Source: Anaeramoeba ignava BMAN
Lineage: Eukaryota; Protista; Anaeramoebae
Length of the DNA: 64,000 nt
Direction: 5' to 3'
Assembly (NCBI GenBank): GCA_028826165.1
Contig: JAPDFW010000005.1
Location: 36,418 to 100,417 of the forward strand
A program made the position numbers and the translations under genes. Below are positions 12,601 through 25,171 of this stretch, one piece after another (positions within the stretch are counted from its first letter, which is position 1; each line of letters starts with the position of its first letter). The notes below the pieces were generated by a model. That model saw only the letters and a list, made by a program, of their open reading frames with translations. It did no database searches and was not told the DNA's origin.

Positions 12601-14149
12601 TTTTATACCATCCAAATGTTGTTGTTCATTTCAAGAAAATCAACCATTTAAAACCAATGATTGAGTTGATATCCACAAGTTCGGATGCCTCAATTACTGT
12701 TGTTGGTCTTCAATATTTATACAAGATCCTGACTATGGACCAAAAAGAGGATCGCAGAATCCAAAGAGGCGAATCTTCTTCTCGTCCTTTTGAAAAGGAT
12801 TCTGTTAAAAAAATTGCTAAGGATGTTAAGGCTTTTGCTGATTTTTTTGATAAGAATGCTTTGTTTGTTAAGATTCATATGATTTATATGAATTTTCAAG
12901 ATAAAGCTGGTATTAAATATGGTGGCAAAAAATTTATTGTAATTTTTATCCAATTCAATTTGGAAATTTTAAATATAAACATATTTAAATAAATATAAAT
13001 ATAAATATAAATATTTAAAATAAATATAAATATAAATATTTAAATAAATATAAATATAAATATTTAAATAAATATAAATATAAATATTTAAATAAATATA
13101 AATATAAATATTTAAATAAATATAAATATAAATATAAATAAATAAAATACAAAATATTTAAAATAAATATAAATATAAATATTTTTAAATATAAATATAA
13201 AATATTTAAATAAAATAAAAATATTTAAATAAATAAAAATAAATATAAATATAAATATTTAAATAAATATAAATATAAATAAATATAAATATTTAATTTA
13301 AAATTTAAAATAAAAATATATAAATAAAAATATAAATATTTTAAATAAATATAAATATAAATATTTAAATAAACATAAATAAATATAAAACATTTCAAAA
13401 TTTAAATATAAATAAATTTAAATAAATATAAATATAAAATATTTAAAATAAAATATAAATATAAATATTTAAATAAATATAAAATATAAATATTTAAAAT
13501 AAACATAAAAAATAAATATAAAAATAAATATAAAATAAACATAAAAATAAATAAATATATAAATAAATATAAAATATAAATATTTAAAATAAACATAAAA
13601 AATAAATATAAAAATAAATATAAAATAAACATAAAAATAAATAAATATAAAAATAAATATAAAAACAAAAATATAAATATTTAAACAAAATAAAAAAATA
13701 TAAATAAAAAAAAAATAAATTATAAATATTAAAATATTTAAATAAATATAAATATAAATATTTAAATAAATATAAATATAAATATTTAAATAAATATAAA
13801 TATAAATATTTAAATAAATATAAATAAATATTTAAATAAATATAAATATTTAAATAAATATTTAAATATAAATATAAATATTTAAATAAATATAAATATA
13901 AATATTTAAATAAATATAAATATAAATATTTAAATAAATATTTAAATATAAATATAAATAAATTTGAATTAGAATTTAGCAAAAGTTTATGAAGCAATTA
14001 TGACAAATCCTTCTTGCTCAAAAATTGCTCAAACTGGATTAAAGAAATCAGATTACAAAGAAGGTATGGAACTAATTCATTCATTTTTCGGAATTGATGA
14101 AAAACAAAAAAAATCCAAAAAATCTGGAAAAAGAGGTCATAGAAAATGA
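6650..14149 (+). CDS. Large (~1290 aa) Sca1/ScaA-like scaffold protein, 12 exons (6650-6764, 6940-7388, 8205-8429, 8498-8615, 8956-9122, 9208-9834, 10089-10265, 10365-10622, 11120-11299, 11410-11706, 11847-12938, 13973-14149)
   Basis: Eleven GT-AG introns give one continuous frame ending in TGA; repeated motif [22 protein letters not shown] / [23 protein letters not shown]-terminal [10 protein letters not shown] and a helical C-terminus. The gene structure is solid; the family call is from recall and less certain. Confidence 0.7.
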
Positions 14150-14427
14150 TTTACTTTACAATTTCTACTTTTTACTTTTCAATTTCTACTTTTTACTTTT
14201 CAATTTGAATTCTTTCTTTTTTGATATTCAAGTTTAACTCCATTTTTTTCTTTTTTTCTTTTCTTTTTTCTTTTAAAATGATTTGTGAAAATTGTTGATT
14301 TTTTTTTATTCCACTTTTTCCTTTTTTCTTTTTCTTTTTCTTTCTTCTTTTTTTTTTTTGACATTTTGGAAAAGAAAAAAATCAACAATTAATTCAAAAT
14401 AAAAAAATAAAAAAATAATTTTTTTTT

Positions 14428-14472
14428 TCATTTTCATTTTCATTTTCATTTTTTTCATTTTTTTTCATTTTT
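14428..14472 (+). promoter_or_regulatory. Representative tandem TTTTCATTTT Inr-like element (equivalents precede almost every ATG in the window)
   Basis: Also at ~6600-6630, 25135-25157, 29865-29890, 36878-36890, 39035, 41585, 44977, 46455 (+) and 2485, 18870-18905, 20645-20705, 22940-22995, 34325, 36828-36848, 56088-56110, 59280-59308, 60872-60898 (-), oriented with the gene. Confidence 0.7.
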
Positions 14473-14477
14473 AAATT

Positions 14478-16350
14478 ATGTCAGAAGTAAATTAAAATTT
14501 AATCAAAATTTAATCAAAATCTTTTTTAAATTAAAATCACAATCAAAATTAAAATCAAAAAATTTCTAGAAAGAAACAAATCAAAAAGAAGAAACAAATC
14601 AAAAAGAAGAAAAAACAAATCAAATTCATCCAAGTCATAAAGAAATGTTAAAAAAAGTCACTTTAAATATTTCTGAGCAAGAAAAACCATCTAAAAGGAA
14701 AATTCAAGGAGTAAAACCACAATTACAATGGTTAAATTATCAACCTCAAAATTTACCTGTATTTATTAAAATTTAAAATTAAAAAATTAAAAATTAAAAA
14801 TTAAAATTAAAAATTAAAAATTAAAAAATTTTTTTAAAGAAATATCAAAAATATTCATCAGATGAAATTGCTAAACATAATAAACCAAGTGATTGTTGGA
14901 TTATTTTAAAAGGATTTGTTTATGATGTAACTGAATATGCAGCTTATCATCCTGGAGGAACACAATTAATTTATAAATATTCAGGAAAAGATGCAACTTC
15001 AATGTTCCGTAATTTAAATCAATTTATTATTATTAAATTAATTTATTAATATTAAATCAATTTATTAATATTTAATTAATTTATTATTATTTAATTAATT
15101 TATTAATATTTAATCAATTTATTAATATTTAATCAATTTATTAATATTTAATCAATTTATTAATATTTAATCAATTTATTAATATTAAATTAATTTATTA
15201 ATATTTAATCAATTTATTAATATTTAATTAATTTATTAATATTTAATCAATTTATTATTATTTAATCAATTTATTAATATTAAATCAATTTATTAATATT
15301 TAATTAATTTATTATTATTTAATCAATTTATTAATATTTAATTAATTTATTAATATTTAATTAATTTATTATTATTTAATCAATTTATTATTATTTAATT
15401 AATTTATTAATATTTAATTAATTTATTATTATTTAATCAATTTATTAATATTTAATCAATTTATTAATATTTAATCAATTTATTGATATTTAAATCAATT
15501 TATTAATATTTAATCAATTTATTAATATTTAATTAATTTATTAATATTAAATTAATTTATTAATATTTAATCAATTTATTAATATTAAATTAATTTATTA
15601 ATATTTAATTTATTTATTAATATTTAATTAATTTATTATTAATTAATTTATTAATATTTAATTTATTTATTAATATTTAATCAATTTATTATTATTTTAA
15701 ACTAATTTATTTATTAATATTTAATCAATTTATTATTTAATCAATTTATTAATATTTAATTTATTTATTAATATTTAATCAATTTATTAATATTTAATCA
15801 ATTTATTAATATTTAATCAATTTATTAATATTTAATCAATTTATTATTATTTAATTAAATTTATTAATATTTAATTAATTTATTAATATTAAATCAATTT
15901 ATTAATATTAAATCAATTTATTAATATTTAATCAATTTATTATTATTTAATTAATTTATTATTATTTAATCAATTTATTAATATTTATTATTATTTAATC
16001 AATTTATTAATATTTAATCAATTTATTAATATTTAATCAATTTATTAATATTTAATTAATTTATTAATATTAAATTAATTAAATATTATTTAATCAATTT
16101 ATTAATATTAAATCAATTTATTAATATTTAATCAATTTATTAATATTTAATCAATTTATTAATATTTAATTTATTTATTAATATTTAATCAATTTATTAA
16201 TATTTAATCAATTTATTATTATTTAATCAATTTATTAATATTTAATTAATTTATTATTATTTAATTAAATTTTATTTAGAAAAAATTCATGGTTATGTTA
16301 GTATTGATGCTTTACTTAAAAAAGTTTTAATTGGTGAAGTTTTAAAATAA
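14478..16350 (+). CDS. Soluble cytochrome b5-like heme-binding protein; exons 14478-14486, 14570-14758, 14840-15008, 16280-16350
   Basis: YSSDEIAKHNKPSDCWIILKGFVYDVTEYAAYHPGG...GKDATSMFQKIH; both axial His present, no C-terminal TM anchor. Confidence 0.92.
15009..16279. repeat. Intron filled with ~19 bp minisatellite (AATATTTAATCAATTTATT)n
   Basis: Direct tandem repetition through the 1.27 kb intron. Confidence 0.85.
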
Positions 16351-16419
16351 TTCAAAAATTTAATTTGTTTTCTTTTCTTCTTTTTTTTTCAAAATAAAAT
16401 TCCAAATTAAAATTCCAAA

Positions 16420-18861
16420 TTATTTTTTATCTTTATTTTCATTTTCATTTTCATTTTCATTTTCATCAAAAACAAAATATTGTTTAAGAATATGAGCAGA
16501 TTTTTGAGAAATAGTTTTATTTTTATGATTTTGAAGGAATTGAATTTTATTAAAACCACCAAATTCTTCAATAGGAATTAAATAAGGATTTTGGTCTAAA
16601 TCTTTTTCAATAAAAACTTGATTTCCAATAAATAAAATTTTTGAGATTGAATCCAAACTAAGAATAATAGTTGAAATATCATCAAGATCTAACATTTCAC
16701 ATAAAGGTTCAATATAACCTTCATAAATCAATAGAAAAATATCTTCATTTTCTCCTTGAAATGCTATATTTGCTAAACACCATGAAGCATCAATTCTAAC
16801 ACTATATTCATCTTGTTTTAAGATTTTAATAAGAATTGGTACCATTCCATAATTTACTACTTCTCTCATTTGATGAAATGAACCTCCTGTTATATTTGAG
16901 ATTATCCAACAAGCTTCTTTTCTAAATTTTTTAATTATTAATATTAATTTTAATTTTATCCGATTTTAATTTTAATTTTAATTTTAATTTTAATTTTAAT
17001 TTCAATTTTAACTCTAATTTTAATTTTATAAATGAATTTTATATTTTAATTTTATAAATGAATTTTATATTTTAATTTTATAAATGAATTTTAATTTTAA
17101 TTTACAAACCTAATCATTTCTCGACTACTAAAAAGTAAAGACTTTAATTGATTTAATATTCCTAAATCAAGAAGATATTGAGTTTGTTCTTCATATCCTG
17201 TAATGATATTTCCAATTATTTTTAAAGCTGGTGTTGAAATTCTAGAATTTGGATGACTTTTTTTAAAAAGAAAAAAAAATAAACTTATTTATTTTAAAAA
17301 AAACAAACAAAATAAAATTTACTCAAGAAAATTTATAATTTTAGGACAAATATTTAAATCAATAATTTCTTGAAGATTATCTATTGAATCTTCTGATAAA
17401 TTTGAAATTATCCAACAAGTATTTGCAATAATTTCTAAATCATCAAAACTAAGTAAGTTTTCAACAATTTGAAAAAAAGGTAAAAACTTTATTTTTTTAA
17501 AAATTTTAAAAATCGGAAAAAAATTTTTTAAAATCGGAAAAAAATTTTTCAATTAAAATTTAATTTAAAATTTTTTAAATATTTTAAACTTTTTAAAAAT
17601 ACAAACATATTCAAAATCTGGAGATGGTTTTCTTGTTGTTAAATTCAAAATAAATAAAGTTACACAATTTATCATTTTAAAATCATTCACTTGATTTAAA
17701 AAATTTATAATTTTGTTAATAATATCAAATGATAAAATAAAATCACGATATTCAATATTTTCAAAAGAAATATTATTTAATAATAAAATAATCTAAAAAA
17801 TAAATAATAAATAAATAAATAATAAATACATTTATTTAATTTTATTTGTTTTTATTTGTTTTTATTTTTTATTTTTTTTTTTACTTGTTCTTGAATTTTT
17901 GAATTATTAAAATCTAAAGAATTAAATAATTCAATTAAAGTTTTTATTCCATCATTTTCAACAACAGAATGAATTGATTTATCAGAATAATTTGTGATTT
18001 TTGTTAAAATAGAAAGGATTTCAAACTAAAATAATTTTAAATTTTATATTTAAAATTTTAAATTTTAAATTTTAATTTTAATTTTAATTTTATAAATGAA
18101 TTTTAATTTACTCGAATATCTAAATTTGAATTATTTAATAAATGAACTAATAAAGGAACTTTCCCTGATTCAAATAAAAATTCAACTGATTTTCTTGAAT
18201 CCAAATCATTTTTTAATTCTTTTAAAAATTGAAGTAAATTTTGATCATCAAATTGATTAATTTTATCAAAATTTTGAATCATTTGAATCAACTTTTTTTT
18301 TTTAAGAAAAATATAAATTTTGATTTTGATTTTGATTTAAATTTTTGATTTTGATTTTGATTTTGATTTGAATTTTTGATTTTGATTTGAATTTTTGATT
18401 TTGATTTAAATTTAAATTTTGATTTTGATTTAAATTTGAATTTTGATTTTGATTTAAATTTGAATTTTGATTTTGATTTTGATTTAAATTTGAATTTTGA
18501 TTTGAATTTTGATTTTGATTTAAATTTAAATTTTGATTTTGATTTAAATTTAAATTTAAATTTTGATTTTGATTTAAATTTGAATTTTGAATTTTGATTT
18601 AAATTTAAATTTTGATTTTGATTTAAATTTGAATTTTGATTTTGATTTAAATTTGAATTTTGATTCAAAACTTAATACAGTTTCTGGAATTTTTGTTTTT
18701 TCATCTTCTTGAATTAAACTTCTTTTATTCATAATTAAATATTCTTTTTTATTTTTACTAATTTTAATTGTAATTTCATGTCTTTTATTTTTAGCTTCTT
18801 TTAAATCAATTCTTTTTTTATTATTTCTAACTCTTTCTTTAATTCTTTTTTGATAACTCAT
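16420..18861 (-). CDS. Divergent importin subunit alpha (IBB + ARM repeats), 7 exons
   Basis: IBB-like EAKNKRHEITIKISKNKKEYLIMNKR; ARM motifs PALKIIGNIITG, RKEACWIISNITGG, DASWCLANI; C-terminal IEEFGGFNKIQFLQNHKN...ILKQYF. Confidence 0.9.
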
Positions 18862-18943
18862 TTTATAAAAAAAATGAAAAAATGAAAAAATGAAAAAATG
18901 AAAAAAAAATTTTATTAATTTTTTCTTTTAAAAAAAATTTTGA

Positions 18944-19280
18944 TTAAAAAATTCTTTTTGATTTTTTGAATTTTGATTTTGATTTTGATTTTGGATGAAA
19001 TGTTCTTAGATTTTGTCTATATTGTTGTTCTTGAATTGCATATTCTAAATGATTTTCATTTTTTTTATTAATACTAAAATCCAAAAGAAAATCAGCAAGA
19101 TTATCAATTGATTTTTCATCTTTTTCAGAAATTTCATCATGTTTTATAAATTCGGGATTTAATCTTCCAAGACGAGCTCTATTACCTCCAGTTGCATAAT
19201 GAGGAATATTTGCTTTTTTATTTCTGATCCAAACATGTTTTGTAACTTTTTTTGGATTTGATTCTTTTATTTCTTGTTTG

Positions 19281-19322
<42 letters not shown>

Positions 19323-20625
19323 GGTTTGGAATATAAATTTGGTGTTGAATCCCAATTATATTCTTTATTATTTTCTACAGGAACTAGATAAATTTTTGAA
19401 TCCCAAAGATCTTCTTCTTTGTAATTATTTGAATTTGAATTTGAATTTGAATTTGAATTTGAATTTGAATTTGAATTTGAATTTGAATTTGAATTTGAAT
19501 TTGAATTTGAATTTGAATTTGAATTTGAATTTGAATTTGAATTTGAATTTGAATTTGAATTTGAATTTGAATTTGAATTTGAATTTGAATTTGAATTTGA
19601 ATTTGAATTTGAATTTGAATTTGAATTTGAATTTGAATCCCAATCGTTTATATTTGAATTTCTATTTAAATTTAAATTTGAATTTGAATTTGAATCCCAA
19701 TCGTTTATATTTGAATTTCTATTTAAATTTAAATTTGAATTGAAATGAATTTTGAATTTGAATCCCAATCGTTTTATGAATTTGAATTTCTATTTGAAAA
19801 TTTAAATTTAAATTTGAATTTGAATCCCAATCATTTATATTTGAATTTCTATTTGAATATGAATTTGAATTTGAATTTGAATTTGAATTTGAATTTGAAT
19901 TTTGAATTTGAATTTCTATTTAAATTTGAATTTGAATCCCAATCATTTCTATTTGAATTTGAATATGAATTTGAATTTGAATTTGAATTTGAATTTGAAT
20001 TTTAATTGAATTTGAATATGAATTTGAATATGAATTTGAATTTGAATTTGAATTTGAATTTGAATTTCTATTTAAATTTGAATCCCAATCATTTCTATTT
20101 AAATTTAAATTTGAATTTGAATTTGAATTTGAATTTGAAGAATTTGGTTTATTTTGATATTTGAATTTGATTTGAATTTGAATCCCAATCATTTCTATTT
20201 GAATTTGAATTTGAATTTCTATTTAAATTTGAATCCCAATTATTTCTATTTAAATTTAAATTTGAATTTGAATTTGAATCCCAATCGTTTATATTTGAAT
20301 ATGAATTTGAATATGAATTTGAATATGAATTTAAATTTGAATTTGAATTTGAATCCCAATCGTTTATATTTGAATATGAATTTGAATTTGAATATGAATA
20401 TGAATTTGAATATGAATTGAAATTGGAATCCCAATTATTTCTATTTGAATTTGAATATGAATTGGAATTGGAATTTGTTTGTGGTTTTGATTTTCCGATT
20501 GGGACTGAATTAGCGCTTGAAATAACAAATTTTCTGTTATTGAATTCTTTTATATTTTGTTGATTTTTTGAAAATGATTTTGTTTTTTGAGAATATTCGT
20601 TGTATTGATTTTTTCGGTAACTCAT
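18944..20625 (-). CDS. N/S-rich Trp-repeat disordered protein, copy 1 (frame broken within repeats near 19740-20160; assembly error or pseudogene)
   Basis: N-terminus nearly identical to copy 2 (MSYRKNQYNEYSQK...SANSVPIGKSKPQT); shares the C-terminal domain (HYATGGNRARLGRLNPEFIKHDEISEKDEK). Confidence 0.7.
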
Positions 20626-20930
20626 TTAAGCAAACAAAGGAAAAAAAAATGAAAAAATGGAAAAATGAAAAAAATGAAAAAAATGAAAAAAATGAAAAAA
20701 ATGAAAAATAAAAAGAAATGAATGAAATGGAGATTTATTGAAATTGATTTTGAAATTGATTTTGATTTTGAAATTGGAAATTATTTGAAATTGATTTTGA
20801 AATTGAAATTGAAATTGAAATTGAAATTGATTTTGATATTGATTTTGATATTGATTTTGATTTTGAAATGGAAATTGAAATTGATTTTGATTTTGAAAAT
20901 TATTTGAATTGAGAACGATTAAAATTTTGA

Positions 20931-22922
20931 TTAAAAAATTCTTTTTGATTTTTTGAATTTTGATTTTGATTTTGATTTTGGATGAAATGCTCTTAGATTT
21001 TGTCTATATTGTTGTTCTTGAATTGCATATTCTAATTGATCATCATTTTTTTTATTAATACTAAAATCCAAAAGAAAATCAGCGAGATTATCAATTGGTT
21101 TTTCATCTTTTTCAGAAATTTCATCATGTTTTATAGATTCGGGATTTAATCTTCCAAGTTGAGTTTTATTAGTTCCAGTTGCATAACGAGGTGGTTTTAT
21201 TCTCATTCCAAAATAACCATCTTTTGATTTTGATTTTGATCTTGAATATGAATTTGAATATGAATTTGAATATGAATTTGAATTTGAATTTGTTTTCCAA
21301 TTATCATTTTGTTTTGTATTTTGATTTGAATCCCAATCATCATCTTGATTTTGATTTTGATTTTGATTTGAATTTTGATTTTGATTTTTATTCCAATTAT
21401 CATTTTGTTTTTGATTTGAATCCCAATCATCATCATTATCTTGATTTGAATTTTGATTTGAATTTTGATTTTGATTTGAATTTGAATTTTGATTCCAATC
21501 ATCATTTTGTTTTGAATTTTGATTCCAATTATGATCATTATCTTGATTTGAATTTTGATTTGAATCCCAATTATCATTTTGATTTGAATTTTGATTTGAA
21601 TTTGAATTTGAATTTGAATTTAAATTTGAATTTGAATCCCAATTATCATCTGGATTTGAATTTGAATTTGAATTTGAATTTGAATTTGATTTATTTTCTA
21701 TTTGAATTGGATTTTTTTTTGAATCCATCATCATCATCTTCTTCTTTTGAATTATTTGGATTTGAATATGATTTTGATTTGAATTTGAATTTGAATTTGA
21801 ATTTGAATTTGATTTTGAATTTGAATCCCAATCATTTCTATTTGAATTTTGATTTTGATTCCAATTATTTCTTTGTCTATTTGAATTTGGATTTTTATTC
21901 GAATCAAATCTTGGTCTTGTTTGGAATTTATTTGTTTTCCATTTTCGATTCGGAATTGTAGAGTCATCTCTTGAAGGGAAAAATCTACTTAAACCAGACT
22001 TAAAAGATTCTTTGTTACTTTTGTTTGATTTTGGATTTACTTTGACAATAATTGTTTCTCCATCAAATTGACGATTAGATTGTGAGTTTTGATATTCATT
22101 TTGATTTTCATTTTGATTTTGAATTTGATTTTGATATTGATTTTGATTTTGATATTGATTTTGATTTGAATCCCAATCATCATTTTGTTTTGGATTTTGA
22201 TTTGAATCCCAATCATCATTTTGATTTTGATTTTGATTTTGATTTTGATTTTGATTTTGATTTTGAATTTGAATTTGATTTTGATTTTGATTTTGAATTT
22301 GATTTTGATTTTGATTTTGATTTTGATTTTGATTTTGATTTTGATTTTGATTTTGATTTGAATTTTGATTTGAATTTGAATTTGAACTCCAAAAACCACC
22401 TTTTTTAAGTGTTATTGATTTTGTTTTAGTTTCACTTTGAGACTCATTTTGTTTTTCATTTTGTTTTTCATTTTGTTTTTCAATTATTTGATTTTGTTGA
22501 TTTTGATTTTGTTGATTTTGAGCTTTGAATTGTTCTATTGATAAACTATTTGAATTTGAATTTGAATTTGAATTTGAATTTCTATTTGAATTTGAAGATA
22601 AATTTGATTTATTTTCTACAGGAATTGAATAAATTTTTGAATCCCAAAGATCTTCTTCTTTGTAATTATTTGAATTTGAATTTGAATTTAAATTTGAATC
22701 CCAATTATTTCTATTTGAATTTGAATACCAATCATTTCTATTTGAATTTGAATATGAATTGGAATTGGAATTTGTTTGTGGTTTTGATTTTCCGATTGGG
22801 ACTGAATTAGCGCTTGAAATAACAAATTTTCTGTTATTGAATTCTTTTATATTTTGTTGATTTTTTGAAAATGATTTTATTTTTTGAGAATATTCGTTGT
22901 ATTGATTTCTTCGGTAACTCAT
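20931..22922 (-). CDS. N/Q-rich Trp-repeat (DDWDSN) disordered protein, copy 2, unknown function
   Basis: 663 aa intronless ORF preceded by TCA motifs, with conserved islands shared with the paralogs. Confidence 0.8.
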   Translation of the reverse strand: MSYRRNQYNEYSQKIKSFSKNQQNIKEFNNRKFVISSANSVPIGKSKPQTNSNSNSYSNSNRNDWYSNSNRNNWDSNLNSNSNSNNYKEEDLWDSKIYSIPVENKSNLSSNSNRNSNSNSNSNSNSLSIEQFKAQNQQNQNQQNQIIEKQNEKQNEKQNESQSETKTKSITLKKGGFWSSNSNSNQNSNQNQNQNQNQNQNQNQNQNQIQNQNQNQIQIQNQNQNQNQNQNQNQNDDWDSNQNPKQNDDWDSNQNQYQNQNQYQNQIQNQNENQNEYQNSQSNRQFDGETIIVKVNPKSNKSNKESFKSGLSRFFPSRDDSTIPNRKWKTNKFQTRPRFDSNKNPNSNRQRNNWNQNQNSNRNDWDSNSKSNSNSNSNSNSNQNHIQIQIIQKKKMMMMDSKKNPIQIENKSNSNSNSNSNSNPDDNWDSNSNLNSNSNSNSNQNSNQNDNWDSNQNSNQDNDHNWNQNSKQNDDWNQNSNSNQNQNSNQNSNQDNDDDWDSNQKQNDNWNKNQNQNSNQNQNQNQDDDWDSNQNTKQNDNWKTNSNSNSYSNSYSNSYSRSKSKSKDGYFGMRIKPPRYATGTNKTQLGRLNPESIKHDEISEKDEKPIDNLADFLLDFSINKKNDDQLEYAIQEQQYRQNLRAFHPKSKSKSKFKKSKRIF

Positions 22923-23311
22923 TTAAACAAACAAAGGAAAAAAAAATGAAAAAATGGAAAAATGAAAAAATGAAAAAAATGGAAAAATGAAAAATAAAAA
23001 GAAATGAATGAAATGGAGATTTATTGATATTGATTTTGAAATTGATTTTGATTTTGAAATTGGAAATTATTTGAAATTGATTTTGAAATTGAAATTGAAA
23101 TTGATTTTAAAATTGATTTTGATATTGATTTTGATTTTGAAATGGAAATTGAAATTGATTTTGATATTGAAATTGATTTTGAAATTGAAATTGAAATTGA
23201 AATTGATTTTGAAATTGATTTTGAAATTGAAATTGAAATTGGAATTGAAATTGATTTTGAAATTGATTTTGAAATTGAAATTGATTTTGATATTGAAATT
23301 GATATTGAAAA

Positions 23312-24958
23312 TTATTTGAATTGAGAACGATTAAAATTTTGATTAAAAATTCGCTTTTGATTGAAACTTCGGTTCTTTTTCTTTTTTTTAGATTTAGATT
23401 TATATGAATTTTTTTGGAATTGTTTAAATTGTTCTTGTTGAATAGCACGATTTAATTGATTTTCGTTTTTTTTATTAGTGCTAAAATCCAAAAGATTATC
23501 AACAAGATTATCAATTGATTTTTCATCTTTTTCAGAAATTTCATCATGTTTTATAAATTCGGGATTTAATCTTCCAAGTTGAGTTTTATTGGCTCCAGTT
23601 GCATAACGAGGTGGTTTTCTTCTCATTCCAAAATAATCATCTTTTGATTTTGATTTTGATTTTGATTTTGATCTTGAATATGAATTTGAATATGAATTTG
23701 AATATGAATATGAATTTGTTTTCCAATTATCATTTTGTTTTGGATTTTGATTTTGATTCCAATCATCATCATCATCATCTTGATTTGAATTTTGATTTGA
23801 ATCCCAATCATCATTTTGATTTTGATTTTTATTTTGATTTGAATTTTTATTTTGATTCCAATCATCATTTTGATTTTGATTTTGATTTTGATTTTGATTT
23901 TGATTCCAATCATCATTTTGTTTTGAATTTGAATTTTGATTCCAATTATCATTTTGATTTTCATTTTGATTTTGATTTTGATTTTTATTCCAATTATGAT
24001 TTTGTTTTGGATTTGGATTTTGATTTTGATTCCAATTATTTCTTTGTCTATTTGAATTTGGATTTTTATTCCAATCAAATCTTGGTCTTCTTTGGAATTT
24101 ATTTGTTTTCCATTTTCGATTCAGAATTGTAGAGTCATCTCTTGAAGGGAAAAATTTACTTAAACCAGACTTAAAAGATTCTTTGTTACTTTTGGTTGGT
24201 TTTGGATTTACTTTGACAGTAATTATTTTTCCATCAAATTGACGATTAGATTGTGAGTTTTGATATTGATTTGAATTTGAATTTTTATATTGATTTTGAT
24301 TTTGATTTTGATTTTGATTTTGATTTTGATTTTGATTTTGATTTTGATTTTGATTTTGATTCCAATCATCATTTTGTTTTGAATTTTTATTTTGATTCCA
24401 ATTATCATTTTGATTTTGATTTTGATTTGAATTTGAATTTGAATTTGAATTTGAACTCCAAAAACCACCTTTTTTAAGTGTTATTGATTTTGTTTTAGTT
24501 TCACTTTGAGACTCATTTTGTTTTTCATCTTGTTTTTCATTTTGTTTTTGAATCATTTGATTTTGTTGATTTTGAGCTTTGAATTGTTCTATTGATAAAC
24601 TATTTGGATTTGAATTTGGATTTGGATTTTGATTTTGATTTATATTAGTATTTAAACCTTCATTGAAATTTTGTTTTGGATAATCATTTTTGTTTCTTTG
24701 ATTTTTTTTTGAATAATTTTTTTGATTTTCTGAATAATTTTGATAACTTTTTGAATGATTTTGATAATTTCCTTGATTTCCTTGATAATTTGTTTGTTGA
24801 TAATTTCCTTGATTTCCTGAATAATTTTGATAATTTTGTGAATAATTTCCTTGATTTCCTTGATTTCTTTGATAATTTTGTGAATAATTTCCTTGATTTC
24901 CTGAATTTCTTGGAAATTTTCTTTGATTTCCTGAATTTCTTGAATAATTTTGACTCAT
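23312..24958 (-). CDS. N/Q-rich Trp-repeat (DDWNQN) disordered protein, copy 3, with N-terminal NQGNYSQNY repeats
   Basis: 548 aa ORF sharing SLSIEQFKAQ, KSITLKKGGFW, FKSGLSKFFPSRDDS and PPRYATG...LGRLNPE blocks with copy 2. Confidence 0.8.
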   Translation of the reverse strand: MSQNYSRNSGNQRKFPRNSGNQGNYSQNYQRNQGNQGNYSQNYQNYSGNQGNYQQTNYQGNQGNYQNHSKSYQNYSENQKNYSKKNQRNKNDYPKQNFNEGLNTNINQNQNPNPNSNPNSLSIEQFKAQNQQNQMIQKQNEKQDEKQNESQSETKTKSITLKKGGFWSSNSNSNSNSNQNQNQNDNWNQNKNSKQNDDWNQNQNQNQNQNQNQNQNQNQNQNQYKNSNSNQYQNSQSNRQFDGKIITVKVNPKPTKSNKESFKSGLSKFFPSRDDSTILNRKWKTNKFQRRPRFDWNKNPNSNRQRNNWNQNQNPNPKQNHNWNKNQNQNQNENQNDNWNQNSNSKQNDDWNQNQNQNQNQNQNDDWNQNKNSNQNKNQNQNDDWDSNQNSNQDDDDDDWNQNQNPKQNDNWKTNSYSYSNSYSNSYSRSKSKSKSKSKDDYFGMRRKPPRYATGANKTQLGRLNPEFIKHDEISEKDEKSIDNLVDNLLDFSTNKKNENQLNRAIQQEQFKQFQKNSYKSKSKKKKKNRSFNQKRIFNQNFNRSQFK

Positions 24959-25171
24959 TATAATTTGTGTTTGTTTTTGTTTTTGTTTTTGTTTTTGTTT
25001 TTGTTTTTGTTTTTGTTTTTGTTTTTGTTTTTGTTTTTGTTTTTGTTTTTGTTTTTGTGTGTTTGTGTTTGTGTTTGTTTTTGTGTGTTTGTTTTTATTT
25101 TTGTTTTAAAAAAAAAAAAGGAAAAAAATGAATTTTTCATTTTTCATTTTTCATTTTTCTTTTAAAAAAAA

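Noticed and set aside
12920-12940. Possible GC-AG donor at GGT G|GCAAAA
   Set aside because: A canonical GT donor at 12939 joins in frame to the last exon
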